Source of the DNA: Marsupella aquatica
Lineage: Eukaryota; Plantae; Marchantiophyta
Direction of reading: 5' to 3'
Assembly: GCA_973895155.1 (NCBI GenBank)
Contig: OZ316896.1
Coordinates: forward strand, 15,996,576 to 16,060,575
DNA: 64,000 nucleotides
Both the position numbers and the translations under genes were made by a program. Within the stretch, counting starts at the first letter, position 1, and every line of letters begins with the position of its first letter. Of the stretch, positions 12,842 through 24,060 are shown in pieces. Under the pieces are notes generated by a model, which was given only the letters and a program-made list of their open reading frames with translations, did not search any database and had not been told where the DNA came from.

Positions 12842-13834
12842 ATCAAGATGGCACTCGGAGAATTTTTTAAGAAGTTTTTTCTCGAGTGTATCTTTCTAGT
12901 TTTGACGAGGATCCCTGGGTCAACTACTCTGTGCATGAGTTGCATTTTTTACGAGTCCTTATAACCTCATAAGATTAGAGTGGTAAGTACAAGGCTTTCA
13001 ATTCATCGTTGGAGCAAGCCTCGCGATAGAACTGTTTTGTCATCAAGACAAGAAGGACTTGCTTTGATTTTGTAAGAACATTGTCCGAGTTTCCATTTTT
13101 GAGTTGTAGCTGTTTCATTCTTTGAAGTTTCCACGTTTATTCCTCATTCGTTTCGACATCGTGGGATCGAAAATTATCACAGATAAACGCCATTCATTTA
13201 GGGAGACTTTCCTGAATACAGAGTCGAGACGATTTCACCACGTGGGTCACGATGAGGCTCTTTATGTAGCAATATGTGATAATTCAGTAAAAACACCTTT
13301 GTCAATGCAGAAATAAATCAATAAGAGGCCTTTGTCATACAAAAAGGCATATCAAAGTCAGTGTATTCTGTATTTCTTTGCAATGAATAGGCCCTATTGT
13401 ATAGGATTCAGCATTGCCCTGAGTCACCTTCTGGACCGTTACTTGAAATCTGGGCCCAAAGAGGAGTCGTGGGACTTGCCAGTTCTGATTGACATCCACC
13501 AAAAAAGCAAATGTAGCGCATGAAAGTGCATTTGGCGACTCCCCTGATCTTGGGTCCACGGGGAATTGCGTCGAGTGTGTCATAGAGCCCTCACGCATGT
13601 AGACGACCCTGAAAATCCCGGCCCTGATTGGACTCTGCGTTGTGGCATCCCACTGGAAACTCAATTGAAGTCGCATGCTGGAAACACAGCTGAAGTCGCA
13701 TGTTGTATTTTCGGAAGTCTGACTATTGGTAAGATTTGGTTTGTTTTGTTTTGTATAATTACTTAAGGTAGTTTGCTTGACTTACGAACCTCTGTCTAGG
13801 GCGTTCACAATGTCGTCTTCTCACTTTTAACATT

Positions 13835-13982
13835 GCTCTCGGTAAACACTGTTGAAGATACAAACGAAAAGAACTGGAAAACCTTAGAGTCGTTCTCCAT
13901 GTGGTGCCTCTGCTCTCGGTAAATACTGCTGAAGATAAAAACGATAAAAATGGAAAAACTTCGAGTCGTTCTTCATGTGGTG
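13835..13982. repeat. Tandem duplication, ~72-bp unit x2 (diverged)
   Basis: GCTCTCGGTAAA(C/T)ACTG...GAGTCGTTCT(C/T)CATGTGGTG occurs twice. Confidence 0.85.
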
Positions 13983-14120
13983 GCCCTGATTGTCCATTCT
14001 ATGTTACAGCTTGTGTTGTGTCGTAACGTTAGTTTTAGAATGCATCACTTCTGCACTAACTGCCTTGAGCCCAATTTGTTTCTGGGGGCACACAAAATCT
14101 TTCGTTAAAAAACACACTTG

Positions 14121-14311
14121 CATCCACGAAAAGTGATGGCCTCCAACAACAAGACCAACTTCTGAGAGCAGGCACAAGACACGAAAGTCTCACGAGTGAA
14201 GTAAGTAATGCCACTTTTCGTCCACCAAACGTGATCGCCTCCAACACCAAGACCAGTTTCTGAGAGCACGCGCAAGACAGAAAAGTCTTATAAATGAATC
14301 AAGTAGTGCCA
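14121..14311. repeat. Tandem duplication, ~99-bp period x2 (diverged)
   Basis: TCCAC..AA.GTGAT.GCCTCCAACA.CAAGACCA..TTCTGAGAGCA...CAAGACA..AAAGTCT...AAGTA.TGCCA occurs twice upstream of cpFtsY. Confidence 0.8.
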
Positions 14312-14834
14312 TGTGGCACCCTCGCTCTTGGGTTCGTAACATGGAGAAGGCCCGAAGCAAATGACACCAATTGTTCTGGATCAACTGTCACCTGTTTATC
14401 GAAGAATCGTAGGGCAGTCTGTCCATGCGAGAGTGCCAACCTTTGGACCCTATCCACGAGAAATGGGATGACGGCGCACCGTAGCTGACCAACGGCCCAC
14501 CGGGAAGGGTCACGGTGCAGTCGACGTTCTTGTAGCAGCAATTATAATTTTCACAGTAGTAGACTGCCGAGCTTGTTCGCTATTCACCATAGCCAGAGGG
14601 CTCGCCTATCCCGTTCTTGCTGCACTTTGTGCCCGTCTGCTGAGAAGCTAGGGGACGGGTGCAGGAACAATTGAGTAGAGCTAGATGATTTCATTTGATT
14701 TAGATAGTTAGCACGAGATCTATTCAATTTGAATGTAGATATTGTGAATATAGTATCAGTTCAAATTGAATAGATTTGACCCTGGATAATTATCTGGGGT
14801 TTTACACGTTAAACCTCATCGCCCTTCTGGAGTC

Positions 14835-17800
14835 ATGGCGGTCTTCGCCAGCACCTCCTTTAGTGGGCTGGTCTCTTCGCCGCCTTCTATCAATCAGCTG
14901 CGGTCCTCTCGCCAATCCTTCGCGTGTAGCACAACTGTATGCCTTCCCCAGTCGAAGAGCCAGAGCAGCAGCACCTCCAAAAGACTAGAGACGGGGAAGA
15001 GGGCGGGCGTGAGATGCGCAGCGAGCAGCGAGAGCAAAGTGGGGTTCTTTGGGAAGCTGGGAAGAGTTATTAAGGAGAAGGCAAAGGGTGACATTGATAG
15101 GCTGTTCAATGGCTTCTCCAAGACTAGGGAGAACCTGTCTGTGGTTGACGAACTGCTTACATACTGGAATCTCCCCGAATCGGAGAACACTCTTGATGAA
15201 TTGGAAGAGGTAGGCCCGTGATAGTTTATAAACTTTCCTTACGGGCGGATCAAATTAAGAGCTGACAGAACAGAATTGAGGGGATATTAAAGGCCAGGGA
15301 AGATGCCTCAGTATTATCACTTTGAAATATAGGAACTTGTGCTCGATTCTAGTAGTCTTGGTTTCTGTCATTTGAAGTACTTCTCATACATTTTAAACTT
15401 GTGAATTAGACAAAACTTTAGATTCATCCTATAACAATTAAAACAAAGAACAGAAATCGTCGAACCCAACGAGTGTATTCTGAGTTGTAAAATTGAACGA
15501 AAATCTTCGCAAACTTATCCACGATGAAATAGAAAGAGACAGATTGGAATTGTATAGGACTGGATTGTTGGCAATTCTGATATATCATCAGATGAAAACA
15601 GTTTCGGAAGTGAACCTGTTTGCATTCAATTTTATGCTGATCAGAACAGCGACGGAGAACTCAATCTGTTGTCTCTCACAGGCTTTGCTTGTCGCAGACT
15701 TTGGGCCACGTACCGCCCTTAAGATTGTCGATGAGATACGGAAAGACATCCTCGCGGGAAAGTTGACCACAGGTGGCGAGATTAAGGTGTGAAATGCTCC
15801 CTTGAAAATCCTATTATCGCTAGAATTGTTAGAATTTCATCAGATCTGATATTTGCAGTTTAAGACAAGACTTGGTATCCGTCTTCAAGATTTTATGGGG
15901 GTGTCTTCAGCAAAAGTTCAGCAAAAATGGAGTAACTGAAATACTTCTGTCAATTGCAGGGTGCATTGAAAGCGAGTATTGTGAAACTTTTGACACAAAA
16001 GATTTCAAGCACGGACTTACAACTTGGCACCAGGTGAGCCCCACACCAGGACCCTTCACCTGGAAAATAAAGATGTAAACGATAGTATCAGATGTGAGTG
16101 GGGAATTTTGTTATGAAGGAATTTCGCATTTTCTAATGCTTCGTTAAACGTTCGGCTGACCTGCAGTCGACCAGCTGTGATTATGATCGTGGGTGTGAAT
16201 GGTGGTGGGAAAACAACTACTATAGGTATCGTTCTCGTGCACGCTTATGAACAATTTGAGACAGACAGGCGATTTTTCTGCGAAGTAAATGCTTCTCCTT
16301 TGCCCACTGGAAATCTAAAACCTAGGTTGGGGAAGTATTTTACTAATTTGTGCCGTTACTTAAGGAATAAAATTGTTTATGCATTCTATCACTTGGTGTT
16401 CATGTAATTCAACTTTGTGTCTTATGTCACCTTCGACGCCGGTGATACAAGATCTCTAGATCATTGATAATCATTTGTCCAGATTTTTGCAGGGAAATTG
16501 GCACACAGGTTGAAGAAGGTGGAAGACACAAAGGTATTTCTCAAGCTTGCCGCAAGGCTCCTGCACTCACTGAAACTGTATTCTAGTGCAATGATCCAGT
16601 GGCAAAGTTAACATTAGTGTCATTCTGGACATCCTCATATTAACAACGATTCTCTCTCAAAATGATTCAGTATGGAGTTACAGTGCTTTTTTACATCATT
16701 CGAGGTTGAAAATTGATCTCCGAATGCAAACATTCCATAAAACATCGGCGTTTTATCTTAGATTGTTTGTGCTTACACTTCACTACTGGAACTTTGAAAA
16801 GTGCATGCGAATTTCTCATAGGCCTTAAGATAAGGTGACAAATTAGTTTCTCGCTCTTTAAGCACAAATCGTCTCTATAGTGGCAACCGGTACGATGAAT
16901 ATCAATGACTGTCCTTTGACAGAAAACGGTACACTCTGGATGGTCAGAGCATGACAAATACATATTCGTGCATAATTTTCTTCATTAAGGGGAAGCTCTG
17001 TGCAAAGAAAGCGCTTGAAGTAAGCACCGTAATCATGATACTCATTTGCTCATAGTCCTTACAGGGGTCATGAATTTGCAATTGCAGGTGTTGATGGCAG
17101 CAGGTGATACATTTCGAGCAGCAGCTCGTGAACAACTAGAAATTTGGGCGAATAGGACAAGTTCAGACATCGAGATGGGGGAGGGAGAGAAGAAGAGGCC
17201 TGCTGCGGGTATGCTACTTTTCAGCAGCTGTTAAATTGCTAGACTTGGTTTTGTTCTTCAAGAATCATTTCCGGATGCTTCTGAGTGTGGTCTGACAATT
17301 AATTACTATCAGTGAAATATATACAATGAGGGCGTTTCCTATTCTTCATGCAGGAAATAGGCTAAAGGAGTGTTCAACATTTGCAGTTCCCTTGTCTGCG
17401 TGAAACTCAGGAGTGGTTTTACTGACGTATAGCTTCGGTCCGAAAAATTGTCTGATTAGTTATTCACCAGTTGTTTTAGCAAGAATGATCATCACTTTAG
17501 TAATCTCATTCTATATATTCTCCCGACGGGCAGTGTTGGCGCATGCTACAAAGCGGGCAGTTGAAGAGGGCTATGATGTATTATTGGCGGATACATCTGG
17601 AAGTAAGTACTGATTTACTAGTCTGAGAAGTTAACTACGATTTCTTGCTCACCTTTTGCCATATTGGTCGGCACGCCAAGCTTGAAAGCCTGCATTTTTT
17701 ACACAACCGAATTCGTTTATCGAGGTAACGCTCTGCTTTATGACGTGCAGGACTTCACAACAACTTTAACTTGATGGAAGAACTCCGTAATTGCAAGCGT

Positions 17801-19295
17801 GCAATTTCAAAAGTCCTACCCAGTGCCCCAAATGTAGGTTTTGAGTCGGGTTTGCCCATGGAAAGATTTCGTGATTGGCATGCCTTTGATGTTTTAGTAT
17901 ATTGAAGAGGCTTTCCTGTTTGATTAGGAAAACCACCAGCCATGGCTCCTTTGGTGTACTTGAGGCTGTTTGTACTGGATTGAACGTTCGGCCATTGGAG
18001 GCCTTCGATACAACAAGATATCATTGTAAAACTTTAGGAATGAAAAGTAGCTCATACTTTTAGTACAAAAATGCATTCTGCTCTTCTCATGGACAGAAAT
18101 ATTTTAAAGGAGCTTCTCTTTGATAGGTCGTCTCCAATTTTCTATTCAAGATAGCTAGAGGACTGTGATGTTACCTTTATTTCTCAAGTAAAATAACTCG
18201 GTCATCAGTTTTTATTACTGGGTTTGTGGTCCTTGCTTCAGGAGGTGTTGATGGTGTTGGATGGTACAACTGGCCTCAACATGCTCCCACAGGCTAGGGA
18301 GTTTAACCAGGTAGGTTCTGTTTTGACAGCACTTTCTACCAAATCAGAAATGGATTCTCATATGGAGTAGACGAATAAGAAATAAAAGTGTTTTTTGGAC
18401 CAATGTGAAATTGTAGCAGAACTGTTCCTTGCCTCCTGTAGATGAGAGAGTGGCAGATTATCACCTGGAGTCGTTCTAATTTCAATTTTAGAATAGGCTA
18501 CTTTTGTTGGAATATTCCGTTCTCGACACTACCTAAGTTTCAGGCAATCATAATTGTCATGTGGACCTTGCCCTCATTAATGAACAGATTTTCGATTCTC
18601 TCTAACAACGGTAGTTTAGCTGCCCATATTTAACATTCTGACTTTTGGTCAAAGCTGGCGGGGCTAAGAAATGCTTTTAATCGGAAACCGTCTGCCTACT
18701 TCCGCACTAAAACTAATCGGAAACCGTCTGCCTACTTTTTTCATTGCTCCAGATCGGTGGGTAGCAACATAAGGTTTCTGTGGAACTCCCTGCGTTTTGT
18801 GATTGCAATTTCGGCTGAGGAGACAAGATAAATAGGATCTGAAGTTTGTTTTCTGATTTCTGTGTATGATCAGGTAGCTGGTGTTACTGGATTTATTGTC
18901 ACCAAGCTCGATGGAACTTCACGAGGGGGTTGTGTGGTACGTGTTATCCTCATGATCCTACTTTTAGCACCAGAAGATGCATCTTTTCCCCCCTCAATTC
19001 ACAGCTGCTGAGAGATAATGGACGGTGTATATTCAGGTCCATTTGATGGACATGGTGTGAGAATATCTGACCAGGACTTCGTGTGACACTTACGATGGTT
19101 AACTACTGAAAGTGGTCAATATGAGAACCTAAAACCATATACTCTACAAATTTTGGTTTGACTTATGGTGCTGGTGGTCAGGTGAGTGTCGTGGATGAAC
19201 TGGGAATCCCAGTAAAATTTGTTGGCGTGGGAGAAAAGCTGGAAGATCTACAACCGTTTGATGCTGACGCATTTGTAAATGCCCTCTTCCCTTAG
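14835..19295 (+). CDS. cpFtsY: Chloroplast signal recognition particle receptor cpFtsY. Exons 14835-15209, 15682-15786, 15960-16033, 16167-16225, 16493-16533, 17088-17208, 17534-17602, 17751-17833, 18242-18310, 18874-18936, 19182-19295
   Basis: Ser-rich transit peptide, GFSKTRENL, LLVADFGP, P-loop GVNGGGKTT, AAGDTFRAAAREQL, DTSGRLH, LDGTTGLN, TKLDGTSRGG, GIPVKFVGVGEKLEDLQPFD. All introns are GT-AG and in phase. Confidence 0.97.
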
Positions 19296-19977
19296 GACTT
19301 GTTTGAGGTGCTATACACGATCCTTGCAGGAATCTTGAGGAATCTTGCTGTGTATCTCGAGTTTCATGTAAAGTCCTCCTAAGAAGTGATTGGGAGGGCC
19401 TGTTGGACAATGTGCCCCCAGTAGCTGTTTTTGGTTGTATTCCATATTCTGCTCTTTAGTTAGGACAGAATAATTAGTAGTCTGGTCATTGTATCCTAGT
19501 CTCCCTAAGTCCAGGAATCTAGCAACAGGGGGGTTTGGGGTTTAGGGCATGAAAGCACTGGATTAGGTACCATTTGTGCGAAGACAGGATATTGTTCTTG
19601 TGTTCAGTTGGCTTATTCTGATGGCTTTAATGTTTTGTATCAAGTTTGCACTCTCTTGTACACATTTCACTCTGAACAGCCTTGTGTTGCAGCCAATAAC
19701 AGTGTAAGTTTGCAGTTGGTCTCATTAGGAGCTTTCTTGAATGTCATTGCATGTTGCTAAGGGCACAAGCCTCGAAGGCAACCAACATTTCGGTTTGTAG
19801 TTGGGTTCTCCCCATCTTAGTCTATTCCACGTTGTCATGTGAGCTTTCAGTTCTTGGCTCTACTGTATATTTAATCTGACCCCTCTAACATTAGTGCACA
19901 CCAATTCTGATTGGCCCTGATCTGGGACATTTATTGCTATTTTGGGACTGTCTATCATTTGGGTATCATCAACTTGG

Positions 19978-20156
19978 GAGGTATTTGCTTGATCGACCCC
20001 AAAAATGAAACTTGTTACTTGATCAACCCCCTGAGGTCTATCAATGGTCCAAATCGACCTCTGAAAGGTCCATCAACGGTCCAGATTGGGGAAAAGCATG
20101 GAGGGGGTTGATTAAGCAAACTTTTTCCAGAAGGGGGTCTACTAAGCATATTTCTC
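19978..20156. mobile_element. Mutator (MULE)-type MITE, 179 bp
   Basis: Imperfect ~55-bp TIRs beginning GAG / ending CTC (left GAGGTATTTGCTTGATCGACCCC, right revcomp GAGAAATATGCTTAGTAGACCCC). 9-bp TSD TCAACTTGG (19969-19977) / TCAACTCGG (20157-20165). Confidence 0.8.
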
Positions 20157-21249
20157 TCAACTCGGTACTGCAATGAAAGAGTAAAGGAATAAAAGGGTAT
20201 GGGGGAGGGAGTGTAGGTACCCTGTTGCATGCAACCCTGCCCATTTGACTAGTAGTTCCTGGACTTTTGGAGTTCACTTATTTTGGTTTCTGTAACAGCC
20301 AGGACATGGTGGGAAGAAGTGGCCAAAGGACAACAAAAAATCCAGCCCTTTTGGCTTGGGCAGTCTTTGCCCCTTGCTTCCCATTTGGTTTCTATTGAAA
20401 AAATGAAAAGAAAGAAAGGTGGCACTACTTCTGCCCACTTCTCATGTAATTGTGATTCTACTACATGCTTTGTTAATGTTCTTTTCATGGATCTGAATTG
20501 GTCAATTTTTTGTGGTTGTTGGTCTGTAAATTGGTCAAACAATATAGAAGAGCTACTCACTGCACTATTGTTCACCTAAGTAACAACCCTGGGCCTCTTT
20601 TATGTGGCCTTGGCAGGACTAAGGTCGTTCTGAAAATTGAAATAAGTAAATAAAATCTAAACAGTGGGGTCCCTGCTTTTGGATTCAAATCAATTCCTGC
20701 TTTTGTACCTTCTGTGAGCTCCTCCCTTTCAATCCATGTGAGGCCATCCAATCCAAGCAATTGGAGTTTAGCAGTAGAGTTTAAAAGACCAATATGCATT
20801 ACTGCAGTGTTTTTTTAAAGGGGAAACAGTCTTTGCGCAAGCTGGGCAACTACCCTTGCAAGGGGAGCCTGATTATTATTATTTACGGACCCCCATTAGG
20901 GTCTCTTGCAAATTCTCTGCCATGAGGTTGTGCCACATCATCACAACTAGTCACAAACAGGAATGATCCTACTTTTAACAATAATAAACGTGCACATTCC
21001 TGTTTGTGGCAAAAACAACGTAATTTTTGGGGCTCTATGCCGTAAATATTAAACGTAAAAAACCAAAATACAAAGGAAGAGATGTCATTTAGTAAAACAA
21101 AGTTACCATTTTAATGCTTGTCAAAGATATATCAGTGTTTTATATCAAAATGCTTGTATTTTTTTAATTGTTTGTAAGTTTGAAAAAATCAATTGATAGA
21201 AATGTACATAATTAAAACCCATTTGGCTTCACATTGTAAAACTAAATAA

Positions 21250-21725
21250 TAAATCTCCTTAGTACTTGATAAAATTTACCAATGTTTGATTCATTGGAAA
21301 ATTCAAGATCAAGATTTAGAAACTCGTGATCTCTTTAGTAATGTCTTGATAAAATTTCTCAATGTCACTCATTGGAAAGCTAGAGTAAAATTAAAAACTC
21401 ATAATCTCCTTAGTACTTGACAAAATCTATCAATGTTAGGTTCATTGGAAAGCTAGAGAAATTTAGATACTCATGATCTCTCTATTTCTTGACAAATAAT
21501 CTCAATGTCACACATTAGAAAGTTAAAAAGATTGAACACCTCCTGATCTCTTGAGTACCGTGACAAAATCTGACATACAATTTGTAAATGTCAGACTCAA
21601 TGTTAGAAAGCTAAAAGAATTCATGAACTCATAATCAAAAAATTTTATACTAACACTCATTGGAAAGACAAAGATATTCAAAAACTCATATGAAATTTGT
21701 CAATTTGAGGCTCATTGGAAACCCT
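21250..21725. repeat. Degenerate AT-rich tandem array, ~70-bp unit, about 6-7 copies
   Basis: Recurring AACTCAT(A/G)ATCTC..TAGTACTTGA(C/T)AAAAT...CAATGT...CATTGGAAAGCTA. Probably internal to a decayed non-autonomous element. Confidence 0.7.
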
Positions 21726-23875
21726 TTCTCGATTAAGAGATATCACAATCTCATCACTGTCACAAACTTAGCCGCTACAAATTGATTTATTTGATTACGT
21801 CACCATCGCTTGTCCACAATGCTTGCTTCCCGACTTGAATTGTTCGCATTTCTTAGATAGTCTTCAACTAAAGCTCACTCTAAATACAGGTTGACGCCAA
21901 ATGCAGCCTATATGTCAAAGAAACAATTGTTGATCTTCCCCTCACACCATAACTTTCTTAAATAAAAATAACTACAAATCCTTTGTTTGAAGTGACGGCT
22001 CGTTTGTTTTGTGTGTTCTTCCCACCAAATTGACAAGCACTCTTTTGCCAACAGTTGAGTGTTGTGCTCTAGTCTGTCTTGTGGCGGTAATGCTCAATGT
22101 AACTCACAAACAATCAATCAAGAATGGTTGAAAGATGATTTTTCCAATGTGTAAGCAAAACCTATGAGAAAACTCAATTCCTCCACATTCAACCTTCCGT
22201 TTGATAGATCTCTATCTTTTGAGCATTTGTTTTTGTACGAGCACACACTAACACCATCGGGAGACTCAAAACCGTTGGTTACCGCCTTGATGAAAATTGA
22301 TTTCACTTAATCACACAAACATTCCTTGGATGAACATGGGGGTCCACGGATTAATTGTTTATAAGACTCACAACTACCTCAAAAACTTGCAACGTCACAA
22401 TTCTTTTAAGAATTCATAAGCACTCTAAAATATGTTGTTAGTCAAGTGCAAAAGTGTAATAATTAAGTATTTAGTTGGGAGCGGAACTGGTTGGGATTGA
22501 ACTTGAGACTCCACTTCAGCTTAGCACAAGGCCACAGGTCCAAAATCTTACTTTTAATTTGCAAACAGAAGTACAATTGGGGTCTAGGCTTCTAGAGTGA
22601 AACTCTAGGGCCCCACCAAATGTATGTGGATGGAGAGTATAGGACCTATTTTATGTGAAGATGATAGTGCATGCTGATTTTTGTCATCATCTCTATTGTC
22701 ATTCAAACAATGTGCATTCAGGCTCCTTTTAATAAAATTCCACCTCAAGGTCACAGAGGTCCAGAATTTTAATAATAGCACCACAAGGTCACAGGTCCAA
22801 AATTGTAGCATTTATTTGCCTTGCAAGGCCTCGGGCAGGCCCTGCAAACTACAGGTGACCAGGAAACATCAGTCTAGCGTGGGCAGGGTGATTATGGCCT
22901 GGGCAGAGTTGGTGGCCATCGTAATTCCTATCAGGAAGAAAGGTTACCGGTGTATAACCTTTTCTACCAGGTGACACCATTTCCATAACCCTATGCCCAG
23001 AAAGTATTGCCTGGTAATCTTTTTTCCGGGCAGATATTAAATATGATAATGATTGTTTGGGTTGGGATTCTAGTCTTAAACATGTTTCCACAAAGCTCAG
23101 AAAAACTTCCCTGCTGCGACCAGTCAACATTTACTCATTTTCTGGTCAGAGGGTCATTTTCTGGTCAGAGGGTTACAGACTAGTAACCCCAAACCAATCA
23201 GTCATTACCCTATACTTAGATCTTGAGTTGTGGTTTAACACACCTAGTGGCACGTGAGTTGTGGTTTAACACACCTAGTAGCGCTCCTCTAATGGTTCAG
23301 CCTTTGTGCCCCTGGTTTATTTATTGCTCAACAGAACTGTTTGGGAATGAACTTGAGACTAGCCAGCTCACACCACAAGACCCCACCACTCAGGTCGTTC
23401 CTAGTGTAGATCTTCCCTTTCCTTCCTAAAGCAAACGCCGATTGCTGTTGCGCCACCTTTCCTCCTTCCTGTTCAAATCAAATCAAATCAAACGAACAAT
23501 AATACCCCTTAACGAGTTAACGGTGCAATCGCAGCGAAATCCAATCCGCAACGGCGCAAAACTGCCTACAATTGCGGTCAGCCGGTGGCCCCGCTCCGAT
23601 CTGCCAATTCGAAGAATTGATTGCCCCCCCGCCTGGCCGGCAGATCTTTCTTCTTGAATAGGGAAACGAGGAAGCTGCATTGCGTTCCTTCAATTGTTGC
23701 TTGCGCGGCCTAACATGTGGATTTCGGTGAATAGTGGTGAAGGCTCGCTCGGATTTGAGCTGAGAGCTGAGAACTGAGCTCCGCTTGAACGTGATCGATC
23801 GAAGTGTACAGATCTGGCACTGACCGTAAACGCGAAGCTCTCTACACTTCGCTGTGTTGCCTCAGCCCCCATTGC

Positions 23876-23925
23876 ACAGTACCTCATTGACAAGAGGAGA
23901 GGAGACCTTGTCAATGAGGTACTGT
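23876..23925. other. Perfect 19-bp inverted repeat with a 12-nt purine loop, upstream of the hydroxylase ATG
   Basis: ACAGTACCTCATTGACAAG (23876-23894) / CTTGTCAATGAGGTACTGT (23907-23925). A third copy of the left arm lies at ~23952-23968. Confidence 0.9.
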
Positions 23926-23965
23926 TATTTAAGGCGTTTCACCGTATTCCAAGTACCTCATTGAC

Positions 23966-24047
23966 AAGAAGAGAAGAGAAGAGAAGAGAAGAGAAGAGAA
24001 GAGAAGAGAAGAGAAGAGAAGAGAGAGAAGAGAAGAGAAGAGAAGAG
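23966..24047. repeat. (AGAAG)n pentanucleotide microsatellite in the presumed 5' UTR
   Basis: About 16 units with one imperfect unit, ending 13 bp before ATG 24061. Confidence 0.95.
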
Positions 24048-24060
24048 ATTCGTGTAAGAC

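Noticed and set aside
21780-22310. Coding remnant on the minus strand
   Set aside because: Stops in all frames and no diagnostic motif that I can name.
22478-22540. Third SINE-like head (GGGATTGAACTT)
   Set aside because: Only a B-box-like match, with no shared body or convincing A-box.
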